Source of the DNA: Takakia lepidozioides
Lineage: Eukaryota > Plantae > Bryophyta
NCBI GenBank assembly: GCA_030704615.1
Contig: CM060733.1
Span: forward strand, 9,672,001-9,736,000
Direction: 5' to 3'
DNA length: 64,000 nucleotides
This document shows positions 1-11,168 of the stretch, piece after piece. Position 1 is the stretch's first letter; every line of letters starts with the position of its first letter. The notes beneath the pieces are model-generated. The model made no database searches, was not told the origin of the DNA, and saw only the letters and a list, made by a program, of their open reading frames with translations. The position numbers and the translations under genes are program-made.

Positions 1-34
1 ATCAACTATGATACAGTGTTGGCCTTGCTTGTCT

Positions 35-36
<2 letters not shown>

Positions 37-66
<30 letters not shown>
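37..66. repeat. (AG)n microsatellite
   Basis: About 15 uninterrupted AG units. Confidence 0.95.
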
Positions 67-71
<5 letters not shown>

Positions 72-246
72 TTGTCTAAACTGAAAGGAGAGTGCTCCGA
101 TGTTCAATAGCAAAGTCCATCTAAACAGCATAGACATGAGGGGACAAATGTTTGCCTTTCTTATCCCTTGCCAAGCAAAGTGCTCCACTGTTCAATAACA
201 AAGTCTATGCAAGCAACAGAAGCATGCACAATGTACTTCGGTTGCC

Positions 247-2196
247 TCAGGGTATTGCATCCAATCTAAGCTCGAACATAATTCCCTTCCTCAGATGATC
301 AGTTATCTCCCAGCCGCCTGATTCCCACATTTTGGGTAACTGGTGCCAACCATCTGATTCCCAAGTTTTGGGTAGCGAAGGCCTCGAGTCCTTAGAAACG
401 TCATGCCAAACGTCGTCTTTGGAGATGTCACGCCACACAAAGAGAAGCTCATGGTACTTGCCTGGTCCAAACACTCCCCCAACGAGTAGAATCACAGTTC
501 CACATACATATACTCTTTGCTCATGGTTAGTTCGCATGCATGCAGGGCCGTAGCATACCTTCTTCCACTCGAGGGTTGAGTTTTCGAACTCCCAAATGTA
601 CTCGAAGTCGTTCCCCAGCATAAAAATGCGTCCTTGGCTTTCCCCCATAAGATGTCTATTCTGGGGTTCAAACCAGACCGAATCATGGTGATGATCACGG
701 TAGGAAATCCCCAGGCTTTCCTCTGGTGGTAGAACTCCTGGTGGCAATGGGAGGTCACCGATGGGTGCTGCTCGAATGTCAGACACCAGTTCATACATGG
801 GTTCTGCTCTCATGTCATACACCCCTACGCCTATGTAATCATCTGCTATAAACTCTTTTGCACAGAAAATGGAGCTGTTTGTAAGATGCCCAGGGTTCTC
901 TAAACTGGCGCTCCAGCAATTGGTCACGGAGTCATATACCTCCATTGTAAATATTTCTGAGCCACGGGTCTTTCCCCCAACAATCAGTGCGTACTGCTTT
1001 GTATGGCTGTTGTAGGCCATCTGGCAAATCTCAGGAAAGTCCTGCACTTTAACTGTGGGCGGGAGTTTCCGCATAGCCTTTGTGAGAGGATTACATACCA
1101 GGATCCGTAGATAAGTGGTGAAAGGAAAATCTTCATCTGACGATTCACCGTCTGAAAATTCCTCCTCTCCCCTGACCTGAGCACAGAAACACATGAGACC
1201 TCCCGCTGTTGCGAACGGTCCACAATAATCTGAAGGAAGAAACGAGAGAGGCATTGCCCCAGACCACTGGTTTCGCGTAATATCAAATGTCCAAAGCGCT
1301 AAATCGCTCTCCAGCGGTAGACTGGGACCAACTTCTGAGACTAGTGACAACCTAGGGATATCGGAAAAGACTTGCTGAAATGTGGGCGAAAAAATGAGCG
1401 TCTTCCAGCGCTTGCTCACAGAGAGAAGGCGGAAAATGCAGGCCAGAGGCAACCGCGCGAAAATCAGCTCGATCAAAAACTCAGGCAGCTGACTCCAGAG
1501 CGAACCATCCATGTTGGTTGTGTGGAGCACACATTCTCGACAGACGAATGGTCCCTTGTCACGCTGAGCTCTCTGACGTGTTTCTATCTCTGATAACTCT
1601 ACCTTTGATTGAGAGCTTGCCTCTGTCATCCTTCCTGCCGTGTCGCAGTTGACATTCAGAGGGAAATATCCAGGAGAAGTATCCAAGACCGGTCGGTGGT
1701 ATGTACATACATGGGAACAACACGGCGTTTCCTTGCCATCTTCAAGCGTATCCAGTTCTGCTTTCTTTGAGGTGTAGGATGCCTTTATTGTTTGGGAGGT
1801 TTCCGCTGCGATCGCTTCTGCCGTGCTACAGTTGATCCTAACCATGTCAGCGCTGGAAACCTTTGCATGCTGAGTCAATGCCATAGCTACCGCAGCGTTC
1901 CTGGTCTGGACCTCCATAAGCCACTCCCGCATGCGTGTTGCAATTCGGTACAGATCCTGATACCTCTCCTCCTCCATATATTTTCTTTTGAGGTGCGTGA
2001 ACGTACCAAGGGCCCGTTGCTCCTCTTGCAACATCTGGTCCGTCTTTGTAAGCACACTCATGTACTCTTCCAGGGAGGCTAACAGCCGCTTTCTCGTCTG
2101 CACTCCTGAAGCGTTCATGGCTCCATTTGCGTGCACTAGTGGTTGGCAGCCTGACTGTACTACACCACCATGCTCTTCCAATTGTAGAATCTCCAT
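247..2196 (-). CDS. F-box protein (F-box plus kelch/FBA-like beta-propeller) with a ~228-aa N-terminal helical extension; intronless
   Basis: 649-aa ORF; F-box motif LWSQLPEFLIELIFARLPLACIFRLLSVSKRW; downstream ATAGGLMCF..ILVCNPLTKAMRKLPP and EVYDSVTNCW motifs typical of plant F-box/kelch proteins; C-terminus ELRLDAIP resembles the paralogs' ECRLDAKP. Confidence 0.9.
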   Translation of the reverse strand: MEILQLEEHGGVVQSGCQPLVHANGAMNASGVQTRKRLLASLEEYMSVLTKTDQMLQEEQRALGTFTHLKRKYMEEERYQDLYRIATRMREWLMEVQTRNAAVAMALTQHAKVSSADMVRINCSTAEAIAAETSQTIKASYTSKKAELDTLEDGKETPCCSHVCTYHRPVLDTSPGYFPLNVNCDTAGRMTEASSQSKVELSEIETRQRAQRDKGPFVCRECVLHTTNMDGSLWSQLPEFLIELIFARLPLACIFRLLSVSKRWKTLIFSPTFQQVFSDIPRLSLVSEVGPSLPLESDLALWTFDITRNQWSGAMPLSFLPSDYCGPFATAGGLMCFCAQVRGEEEFSDGESSDEDFPFTTYLRILVCNPLTKAMRKLPPTVKVQDFPEICQMAYNSHTKQYALIVGGKTRGSEIFTMEVYDSVTNCWSASLENPGHLTNSSIFCAKEFIADDYIGVGVYDMRAEPMYELVSDIRAAPIGDLPLPPGVLPPEESLGISYRDHHHDSVWFEPQNRHLMGESQGRIFMLGNDFEYIWEFENSTLEWKKVCYGPACMRTNHEQRVYVCGTVILLVGGVFGPGKYHELLFVWRDISKDDVWHDVSKDSRPSLPKTWESDGWHQLPKMWESGGWEITDHLRKGIMFELRLDAIP

Positions 2197-4289
2197 AGCA
2201 AAATCCTTTTCACAATCCTACTGCAACCCACTTTCCAAAACTCTTGCAAACCTCATGGATTTCTACGCTAGCAGGTCAGCCTCTCTCTCTCACGCAGATA
2301 CAATCCTCGCGGAGTCGGTGCAGGTGAAAAGGAGAGAGAAAGTGGGAGTGATGAATAGACATGACTGCTGCAACGGCGTACATGTACGGGTAATCACCAT
2401 ATACGACAAGCTTTGATAAAATCCAAGCTAAGTGCATAACTATGTGTGTATACAGTTATCTCACTCCCACCTCCGTGCAGGCTCATTATATCTCTTGTCA
2501 TCTTTTTATATTATCGCCCACTTCAATGCATATGTGTGGTGTTTGATCTGCCAGGCTCCAGCCACTCAAAACACACACATCTTTGTAAAGAACAATGATT
2601 ACAGACTACTGCGCATGTGACAGACATATGTGTGATGTTTTATATGTCCATTCCTCTCACAATTCCAAACACAAACATCTGCACATATCATACAGAAGGC
2701 TTATGCGATATACACAGTGAGTGCCCTTTAGATATGCTGACGATGGTAGGATTGTCACGGGTTTTCAAGTCATGAGAGTAAGTTAGCTCAATAATCAAGC
2801 CTCCAACAGTGACTTGTAACGCCTGAAGCCACTTCGAGTACAGTCCTGACACAGTATGCCAATGGTAGTTATCTATGTTCAGCAATGAAGGCAAAGAGAC
2901 AGGGCAGTCTGTCATACCTATTTCAGAAATGAGATCTTGTCATGTTTCGAACAGGCGTTAGGTGGTAAATTAATTGCTTCAGGGTAGTATGAGAGCGACA
3001 TTCTCTACAGACAACGTCTGACATTTACAACAGACAACAGTCGACCCGTCAGTAGGATACGTAGTGCTAAGTTGTAATGCATTGAGTGGGGGTGCCTCTC
3101 TCAGACGATCTGGGGCTCAATCTTGTCTAACGCATCGCAGGTTGGGCACTTGTATGCTCGCAGCCTACGGGGATGTGCTGCTGCCATCACCAACTTGCTA
3201 AACTTGAACATAGCCAGACACTCGCTAAACAGTGAAGAGTGCCATCAATCCGTGACGGTAAACCAATCAGAGTCCAATCCAAAGCTTTCACGTTTTCGCG
3301 CATTCCATAACAATGCATGGGATTCAAGATGACAATCCCTTGAACTGAGAGGAAGAGGGAAAAAAGACGAAGAGAATCAGGGTTCTGTGAGACAGCATTG
3401 GGCTCTTTGGGAGAATCACCTTCCTGAGAAAATTACCTTTACAGAGGTAATATAGAATCGAAAAAGGTATTGCAACTCCACTCTCAGCACATTCGAATGC
3501 TCAATTCAGAGGGTTGGACTCGTCACTAGTAATCGGACGGGATCATACAAGAAAGGATGGGATTTTTCAGATGGGATTTTTGATGGGTGGATTTTGCTTG
3601 ACGGATTGGGCTCATTTGCTACAAAAGAGAAGCGACAAAGAGACATGGTAGGACAAAACAGCAGTTTTGGCGCTGCCTTTGCAGAGAGGTGTCTGTCTTG
3701 TGAAAAGAGCGGACTTGCATGATTGATGATCTGCAGATACAAGAAGAATTGATGTCCAATGATGTACAGAAACAATATCCATGTGGGAACTAGTTTTTCA
3801 ACAATCACTGCGAGAACAAGGGTTTAAATTAGTGTTCTGGCACTAGGTGAATTTCAAAAGGGTTTATGCCAGAGAGATTAGGTGTTAGAGTATGCACTGG
3901 TCTCAGGCCAACTATGGATTCAAGAGGTGCACTGGAGCAGTTGTAGATGAAAGACCACTAGGGAGGATTTGGAACCAGTGTAGATTCGATAGGACTGGGG
4001 GATTCAGGTGTTTTTGAACCAGTTTAATATACGAAGTGGTTTACTGATATACACTAGTCTGGAATAAAACAGATTTCTGCCCCAGTTGCAAGATTAACCT
4101 TCAATGTAGCTTGTCTCAGATAGGACAGTTCATTAGGATGGAGCTACAAATAAAACAAAGAGGTAGGGAGAACATATATGTTACATCAATTCCATTCCTC
4201 AAGCAAGATAACTATGCAGGGAGATGGCTCTCTGAGGCCAACTGTCTATATGTTACATGGGCTTGTTTAATCAGTGGTTAGAACAAGAC

Positions 4290-7200
4290 TCAAACCACAG
4301 CTGTCCGTTTCATTAAGGACTTCAGAACTGCCCCCACCTCCTCGCCAAAGTCTTCTTGTGCATGGTGGCCCACCTGTTTTCAAAGGGCAATAGTTCAACA
4401 GTATGCAAACGTGACAGTAGCAAAACTTTCTATGATTCGTTTAGAAATTGATTTTTTTGCATTGTTAGACTCACTCAGCATCTTCCTGGAGGGTATCAAA
4501 CTGCAAGAAGTTAAAAATAAAGTTTGTAATGTCCATAGGAGGTCTTCAGGGCCCTCGGGAGGAAAGAGCACAGCTAAAAACCAATTGCGACAAAGCAACC
4601 AGCACTGAAAGAGAGAAATAAAATAAAATTTTGGACTTCGATGGCTACTTCCTTTACTTTCTGTTAGTTTAGATAGTCAAGATCTTATACATTGTGGACA
4701 ACTGTTGCCATCCCTCTCACACAGGTAAAACTCTTACTTTATTCCAAATATTCCAGACAACTTAGGCCAGTGCTCCAACAAACTGAATGATTGGAAAACA
4801 AACATTGAATGACAGTAACATAATCTAATACCCCTAGCCACACAGTACATCGTTCGAGTGGGGACAGAGAGAAAATGCTGGAGGGCAGGGATCTCTACCT
4901 CAGGCAGCTCCACGAGTCTCGCATTGACAGATTTGGCAAAGACCTTTACACCATTGAAATTCAGCCATCGGTCCTTTAAACCCCAAATGATAGATACTGG
5001 CTTCCTCCATACACCAGGTGAAAGTGCCTCCCTTGATACTCTCACAGACTCCTACAAAAACCCCACCCTAACAATGATTAGTATATGAATAAACTGAAGT
5101 GGGTCTTTGAAGTCTGTGTTTACACAGTTGGCCATTACAAGCTTTGTCCCATTGACATTCCAAAGTTACTTTCCTTTCTCCTCGAGCAATAGTTTTATTT
5201 TTGGCTCTGGTTTTGTTTCCTCTCATGTTTTTCTTCCATTTTGTCCCATTAGCTCTATGAGCTTTCCGCGGACATTATAAAGTACCATTTCATTTCATTC
5301 CATTTCTCTAAACTCTTTGGGCTTCATGTGCATGATATTAAGTTCTCTTTTATCCTATGGGGATTACATTTCATACAATTGGAGATGCAAGAAGATTGAT
5401 GAGTGTAAGGACGTCACCTATTATTGTCCAGATCAGCCAATGACGGTATATCAGAACCAGATGATCACAACATTTTACAAGATGAGGGGAGCACATCTAG
5501 AATGAGAACTCTGCAATCAATGAAGGTAGAAAGAGACCCACCTTCAACTCAGATTTGAGTGCACGGCTGATGGCAGTCAATGCAAAACCAGAGGCACCAG
5601 AGGTGAGATAGGGGCGGCGGTACACCATTGCATCCTCCTCATCAAGTATGTAGGGTCCACAGTCTGTTAATGGTTTGTCACTTGCCTTCAGAGGGTCCTA
5701 CACCACAAAGACTGGAAATGTCAGGACATGGGATGTGCTCCAACCAGTAATCTATGCATTTCAGATGAGTCGAATATGTCAAATACAGCGTTACAGAGAC
5801 ACATCACAAGTAGACCTGCATAAATTCTTCTCAATACTCTTCACGCCCTTCAATACAAAGCAATTGACATTCAAGGACGAAGAAACTGATTCAATGGTAG
5901 ATTGGCTGCCAAACAGTTCTAGATGAAATAGAAGAAACTCCAATTGCCGAACCACTCCAGTGTGTTCATGGTGATCTCAAAGAAAGCTGTGCAACACTTC
6001 AAGTGCTTCAATTGCCTACCACTTTCCAAAAGTATCTTCAATAACATGTCCAGACAGAATAGAATGGTTTCCAGACCTCACTTAAACTGGTGAAATGTTC
6101 AGTCGACCATGATATCAGTAGGATAGTGAAGATTTTTGACGTACTTGAGCAAATATGTTGCCAAGAAGAAAGGTTGAAAAAGCAGCCAATGCAGAGGGCA
6201 GCTTGACATGCTGGTCTGTTACCTTCATACAGCCCACAGTCCACTAGATTAAGTACCCTTAATATGCAGAGATTAATTTCTTGAAATAACAACTCTTTCA
6301 AGACAAAATACTCATGTGCCAGTCTTGTAGGCAGCCAGACATGACCTACAGCTTCTGAATATGTGAATAAACAAGACAGTCTGAAAATAAAAAAAACTCC
6401 AGGCCCTCTATCTGTCCTTCTTACCTCTCTCTTCCACCTTATACCCCATACTGTCAAACACGCTTGGCTTCAGGAGGGGGAAAACCTCAGGAGGCCTATG
6501 GTTGTAAGACTTTATAATGCATTAGCTGTGCAGGAACTGTCACTGGTAACCAAAATCTACAGAATACAGGCCTTGGGTTAGATGTGTCGAAAAGACATAG
6601 CACACTTTTCTTGGCCAATTAAATGGAAATTGAGCTTGACTGACAAATGACGAGTATCTCCTCTTACAATTCTACATGCATGTTCCATAGAGAAAACAAA
6701 GAATTACCGCGGAAAAAGTATCTGAAGAGATGGGCCGCTTACAGGAGGATTGATCAGAATCAGCTGCTTTACTCTCTCTTCATTCCCTTTTGCATACTGC
6801 AATGCTGCTGGTGTAAAAAAACCCTGTCGCCACTCACACCCACGGCCTCCACCTCGATCAGGGTCATGGCACTTTGCCTCAGGACTCTCACACTATACAT
6901 TAACCTAAACTTAAGCGGAGAGGTTGGCAGCAAAATTTACCTGGACAACGAGAGTGAATTCCTTCAAATCAAGAGCGCCCACCAACAACGCCAATGCCGT
7001 TGCATATTCTGCCAAATCCTCATTTCACACTTAGCCTTTCAAGACTAAATCACTCTTACTTCCATAGGCCCTCCCGTCACTCTGTGACTGGCAGTTTCAC
7101 CTCTGGCCAAATTGGAGGGTACAGCAGTAGTACTAGAATCAACACTGTTTCCTGGCATGATGTCTTAACCAGCTCATACATCAATTTTCTGTAACAGGAT

Positions 7201-10200
7201 TGTTGTTGGCGGTGTGCATGAGCGCTATGGGGATGTTAGGTAGGGCTGTACCCCATGACCCTGGCCTAGTAGGGTCATTACTCTGTGGGGTCTATGCCTT
7301 TAAAGGTATGTCAAAGCCAATTAATTTCCAAAGGGAACAATCAAAGGGTACATATCCATCTTGTGATGAACTACCTTCTTTCAACCTTTGAATTTTGAGA
7401 TTCATCCATCACTCTTTCAGATGAAAATAAATAAGTCAAGAAAAATGCTTTTCCATCCCTCAGAAGCAGCACTGGCAATGGGAGAGCCACCTACCATCTG
7501 TAGTGTAGTTGAAGCCATACTTGGGCTGTGGCTTATCTGAGAACCCAAACCCTGTCCAACAATCAAAGTTTTTTCAGCCCTTTTGACTCAATGCTGCTCC
7601 TGCTCCTCAAAAGTATTCATTCTCTTCAGAATTCCTTGACATTTCAGATTTAATTTTAGACGCATCAAATATGGGGCAGAACCCATGGTAACTTGCATGG
7701 AATTGCTCCTACAGGAAACCATTGGGGTAGGGTTGGATGAATACCCAGCCAGTCAAAGGCAACCACATGGTACTCTGATGCAAGTAATGGCATCACTTTG
7801 CGGTAGGAATATGCCTGTACATTCACATCACACATCTATGACCAAGATCCGATATGAATTTCTCCCCACTTTTTATGCCAGTCTTCACTTCCCCATTCCC
7901 AAATGCAACAATTAACCTCGATAAATATTACCTTCCACTCTCAGCCCCTTCTCTCTTCAAACAACTGATTGCTTCTCTTTTGGACTTTCAGACTGTAAAC
8001 ATGCCGTCTTTCTGGCTTCGATCATAAACTGCTGCTCCCTTCCCCTGTCTATATGTATTCAGTGGATAACGTGGACAGAAACATGGACTGAAGCTCTGGT
8101 CACAAATCAAGCAACAGGTCCAGAGCTAGTACCTGGGATGGAAAACCATGGAGCAGCAATACAGAGGGCTTGCTCCGATCACCCTCCTCAACGTAGAACC
8201 ATCTGCTCCATGGAAGGATACAGATTAAACCGCAGAAACTTTGGGGAAAACGCCTACCTCCCAGGTTGACGTGGTAAAAGGATTCAAATTTCCATGGTGT
8301 TCCATAACATGATACATTACTAAAACATGCTCCAGAGGCCAAACAAGTCTCGATGTAGGGGATTTTCTTTCCACCTCAAGTGTCACTAACTACAGGATGG
8401 ATTTGTGGACTAGGACAACAGAAATGTACCTGCAACATCCATAGGAAGCTGAAAGAGCATATGGGACAAAGAAGAAGTGAAAATAGGTCAGAGAAGTGGG
8501 GCCAAAACAACCAGCTACAATCTACAACCAACTTCAAGTGATTCCTTAAAGTGGAGAGCCTTGTGTAGCTATGCGGGAAGGCTCTGTCAAGGAGCAAATG
8601 TCCCTAAAATGGTAAAAATAGCGACTCGTGGTGAGGACAGCAAAAGAAGAAATGCTCTTCAGTCTCCAGCCTGCCTTGCTCGATGCAAGCTGTACAGAGG
8701 CATTCCAATTGGTACAGCTTGTCCCACCTGCTGGTCTCGATCCGTATGCTATGGGATCCCACCCCGAGTCGTTCCAATGTCCTTAAAGAGAGGGAGAGAG
8801 AGGAGCAGGTAAGGAAACACGGAGGGGCAGGAGGGGAAAAGACTTTCTAAACCCCAGAGAGGGCCACAACTGCCCATGGGAAAGGGAGAGACGGATCACT
8901 GACAACCTACTTTTGAAGTGCGATGGAGGAGCAGATAACAACAGAAGATGGCTCATTTATAGTGTTTCCTGAGAAGTATCACTGGATTTTGAATGAGATG
9001 ATCCTGTGGAAACCAAGGTAAGGAACCCAGCAAATCATTGCACCAAGGTTCCAAAAGGCAATGAAGCTTGATAGGTTTTAGCTATCGCTCACTGAGAAGA
9101 TCTCTCCCTCAACAAGGTAGGAAGTTATTCTGCTCTGAGTTGCATACAAATGCATGTCGGGTGCACACCTGAAAGAATCACTAGAAGTCTGAGAAGCTTC
9201 GCCCATTGCCAGGCCAAACAAGGGATCCTTAGCTTTCTCTAATCCCCCTTCCACTGGATAAGCCTTCACCTGCCATTCCACCACCTCCTGTTGGTGAGTT
9301 GAAGCCAGATCTGCTCAATAGTTTTGGATTCCTGATAGACTGTTTATCCATGTGTGGCTATGCTGCAGGAAACACTGTACCATAGAATTCAAGGAAGTGA
9401 CTCACTATTTTGCCCCGGGAGTACCATTCATCAGCTCGGCCCACCTCATCAGAGTACTTGCCTGCCATATCACAGCGATCCTATGTTACCACCTGAAAGG
9501 AAAAAGTTGATATCACAGCTGCATCCAAATGTGGCCATGAATTAAGGAAAACCAAAAGTGAAAAACTGTTGGACATGAACATACAGCCAGTCATAGATTC
9601 GTGGTCATACTCGAGAGGGTTGCTTTCTAGATCTCACCACCAGTGAAGGAGAAGCCATCTCCCATTGATACCGGAGCATCAATCAGATAGCCCTGCAACA
9701 AAAAATCCACACTACTTGTAAGAGTGCACTCGTGCAATCCCTTTTATGACAAGCTCATGTGAGTGGGGGAGTTACTTGACCTCTACATGCACTAAGATAG
9801 TGTATCCAAGAAACATGCTCATAAATTGTTGGCAATTTTACAGAGCTCGCTGCAACAGTGTGGCAGTGGGGAAAAGACGGAGGGATAAAATCTTCGACTA
9901 AATGCTAGCAGCCTGCTACTTGTACCGATGATGAATCCGTCCGGTACCTTCACCTATTTCGCTTACGACAAAATTGCACATCCCTGCACAGATTCAGCTC
10001 TAAAGACCAAAAAATCTCAAATGCTTGTAGATATTGAGTACAATTGACCCACGTTTTCATGTGAAAAGAAACTACAGTCGCGGGACAATTTTGCAGGAGA
10101 CAAACTGAGCAGGTGGCTCTGTAAATTCTCCACGCCGAGATGATGAGATTTACCATGGACGCAAACAAGAGGGAAGAAGAACGCAAAATGATGGCCAGAC

Positions 10201-10553
10201 AAAGTTAAATTTTCTGAAACGATGAATGTTCATTAAGAAAACAGATCTCCAAAATGCAAACAACGACAACAGTATCAGACAAAAAAAAGGCTGTTTGTGA
10301 ATCGTTCAATGAACGTGCCAAATGTACATCAATTGTGTATCTCTCTACTTGCCTCGTCGTCGTCGTCAACGTGCATAGCTCGAGGAATTGGCAGGCCTTT
10401 GTGCGCAGAGGTCCTGTGAGGTGCCTTCCAAGCCATGAGACAAATTCGACTCGGGAAAACGGATAATGGGCATCTGGGTTTAGGGGGGCCAAAGAAACGA
10501 GGAATGCCCACACACGATTGCACATCGAGCACAGTCTTGTAGACTGACAACAT
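4290..10553 (-). CDS. Plastid-targeted alpha/beta-hydrolase (haloalkane-dehalogenase-like fold; similar to Arabidopsis At1g52510), 13 exons
   Basis: Exons 10553(or 10595)-10353, 9692-9638, 9461-9406, 9269-9169, 8202-8133, 7814-7745, 7551-7495, 7008-6941, 6823-6743, 6222-6145, 5697-5542, 5051-4899, 4373-4290 join in frame: YLIDAPVSMGDGFSFTGGKYSD..LLLHGFPSQAYSYRKV..AFDWLGFGFSDKPQPKYGFNYT..DPLKASDKPLTDCGPY..YRRPYLTSG..WGLKDRWL..VGHHAQEDFGEE. Exon 1 resembles a transit peptide. Confidence 0.92.
5187..5306 (+). mobile_element. Short retro-element 3' fragment with (CATTT)n tail, in a hydrolase intron
   Basis: Near-identical to 49096-49198 and to the reverse complement of 30985-31105 (core CTTCCATTTTGTCCCAT..GCTCTATGAGCTTTCCGCGGAC.TTATAAAG.ACCATTTCATTTC). 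Confidence 0.75.
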
Positions 10554-11168
10554 TGCTTCTCGACTCCCAAACCAGGCCCCAGAAGAAACAGGCATACCCA
10601 CACGCTGAAGATCTGAAGATCATCAAGAGACAAATGTGTGGCAATTGCAAACTCTGGGTCTTCATTTCAAATTTCTCAGTTGGGTTCTACTTCCTCGGGA
10701 TCTCCCAGAGCATTTTCGAGGCCCAAATGGAGCAAAGGACGTGGCCTGCCTTCCGCCATAGCTCGACCAGCGGGCTATTGCCGGTCACTCTCTCCGAACC
10801 TCAGGTTCGGAATTCGGACCGAGGAATTCGGACCGAGCCAAGAATGGATGAACACTACTGTCCATCCATATCCACAACAGACTGACAACGTACAATACGG
10901 TATACCTGAAAGCAGGTAGGTACGGGTATAAAGCAAAGGAATACGGTCACCTAACTCTGTCTGTGCAGAAGCCCCGTGGGTTGACGCTTCCTCTACTCCT
11001 TCCTTGCTGGAGCGCACCAACCGGCCTCCGAGCAATTCTTCAAATGATCGGTGAGGAGTGTGTGCATCTTCATAGCCAAGGTAACGATTTTGGAACCGAA
11101 AGTGGACAGAGCTTCCTCAATTCGTGTGGAAGACGAGGATTCTCAGATCGTTTCGGAGAAGGTGAACA

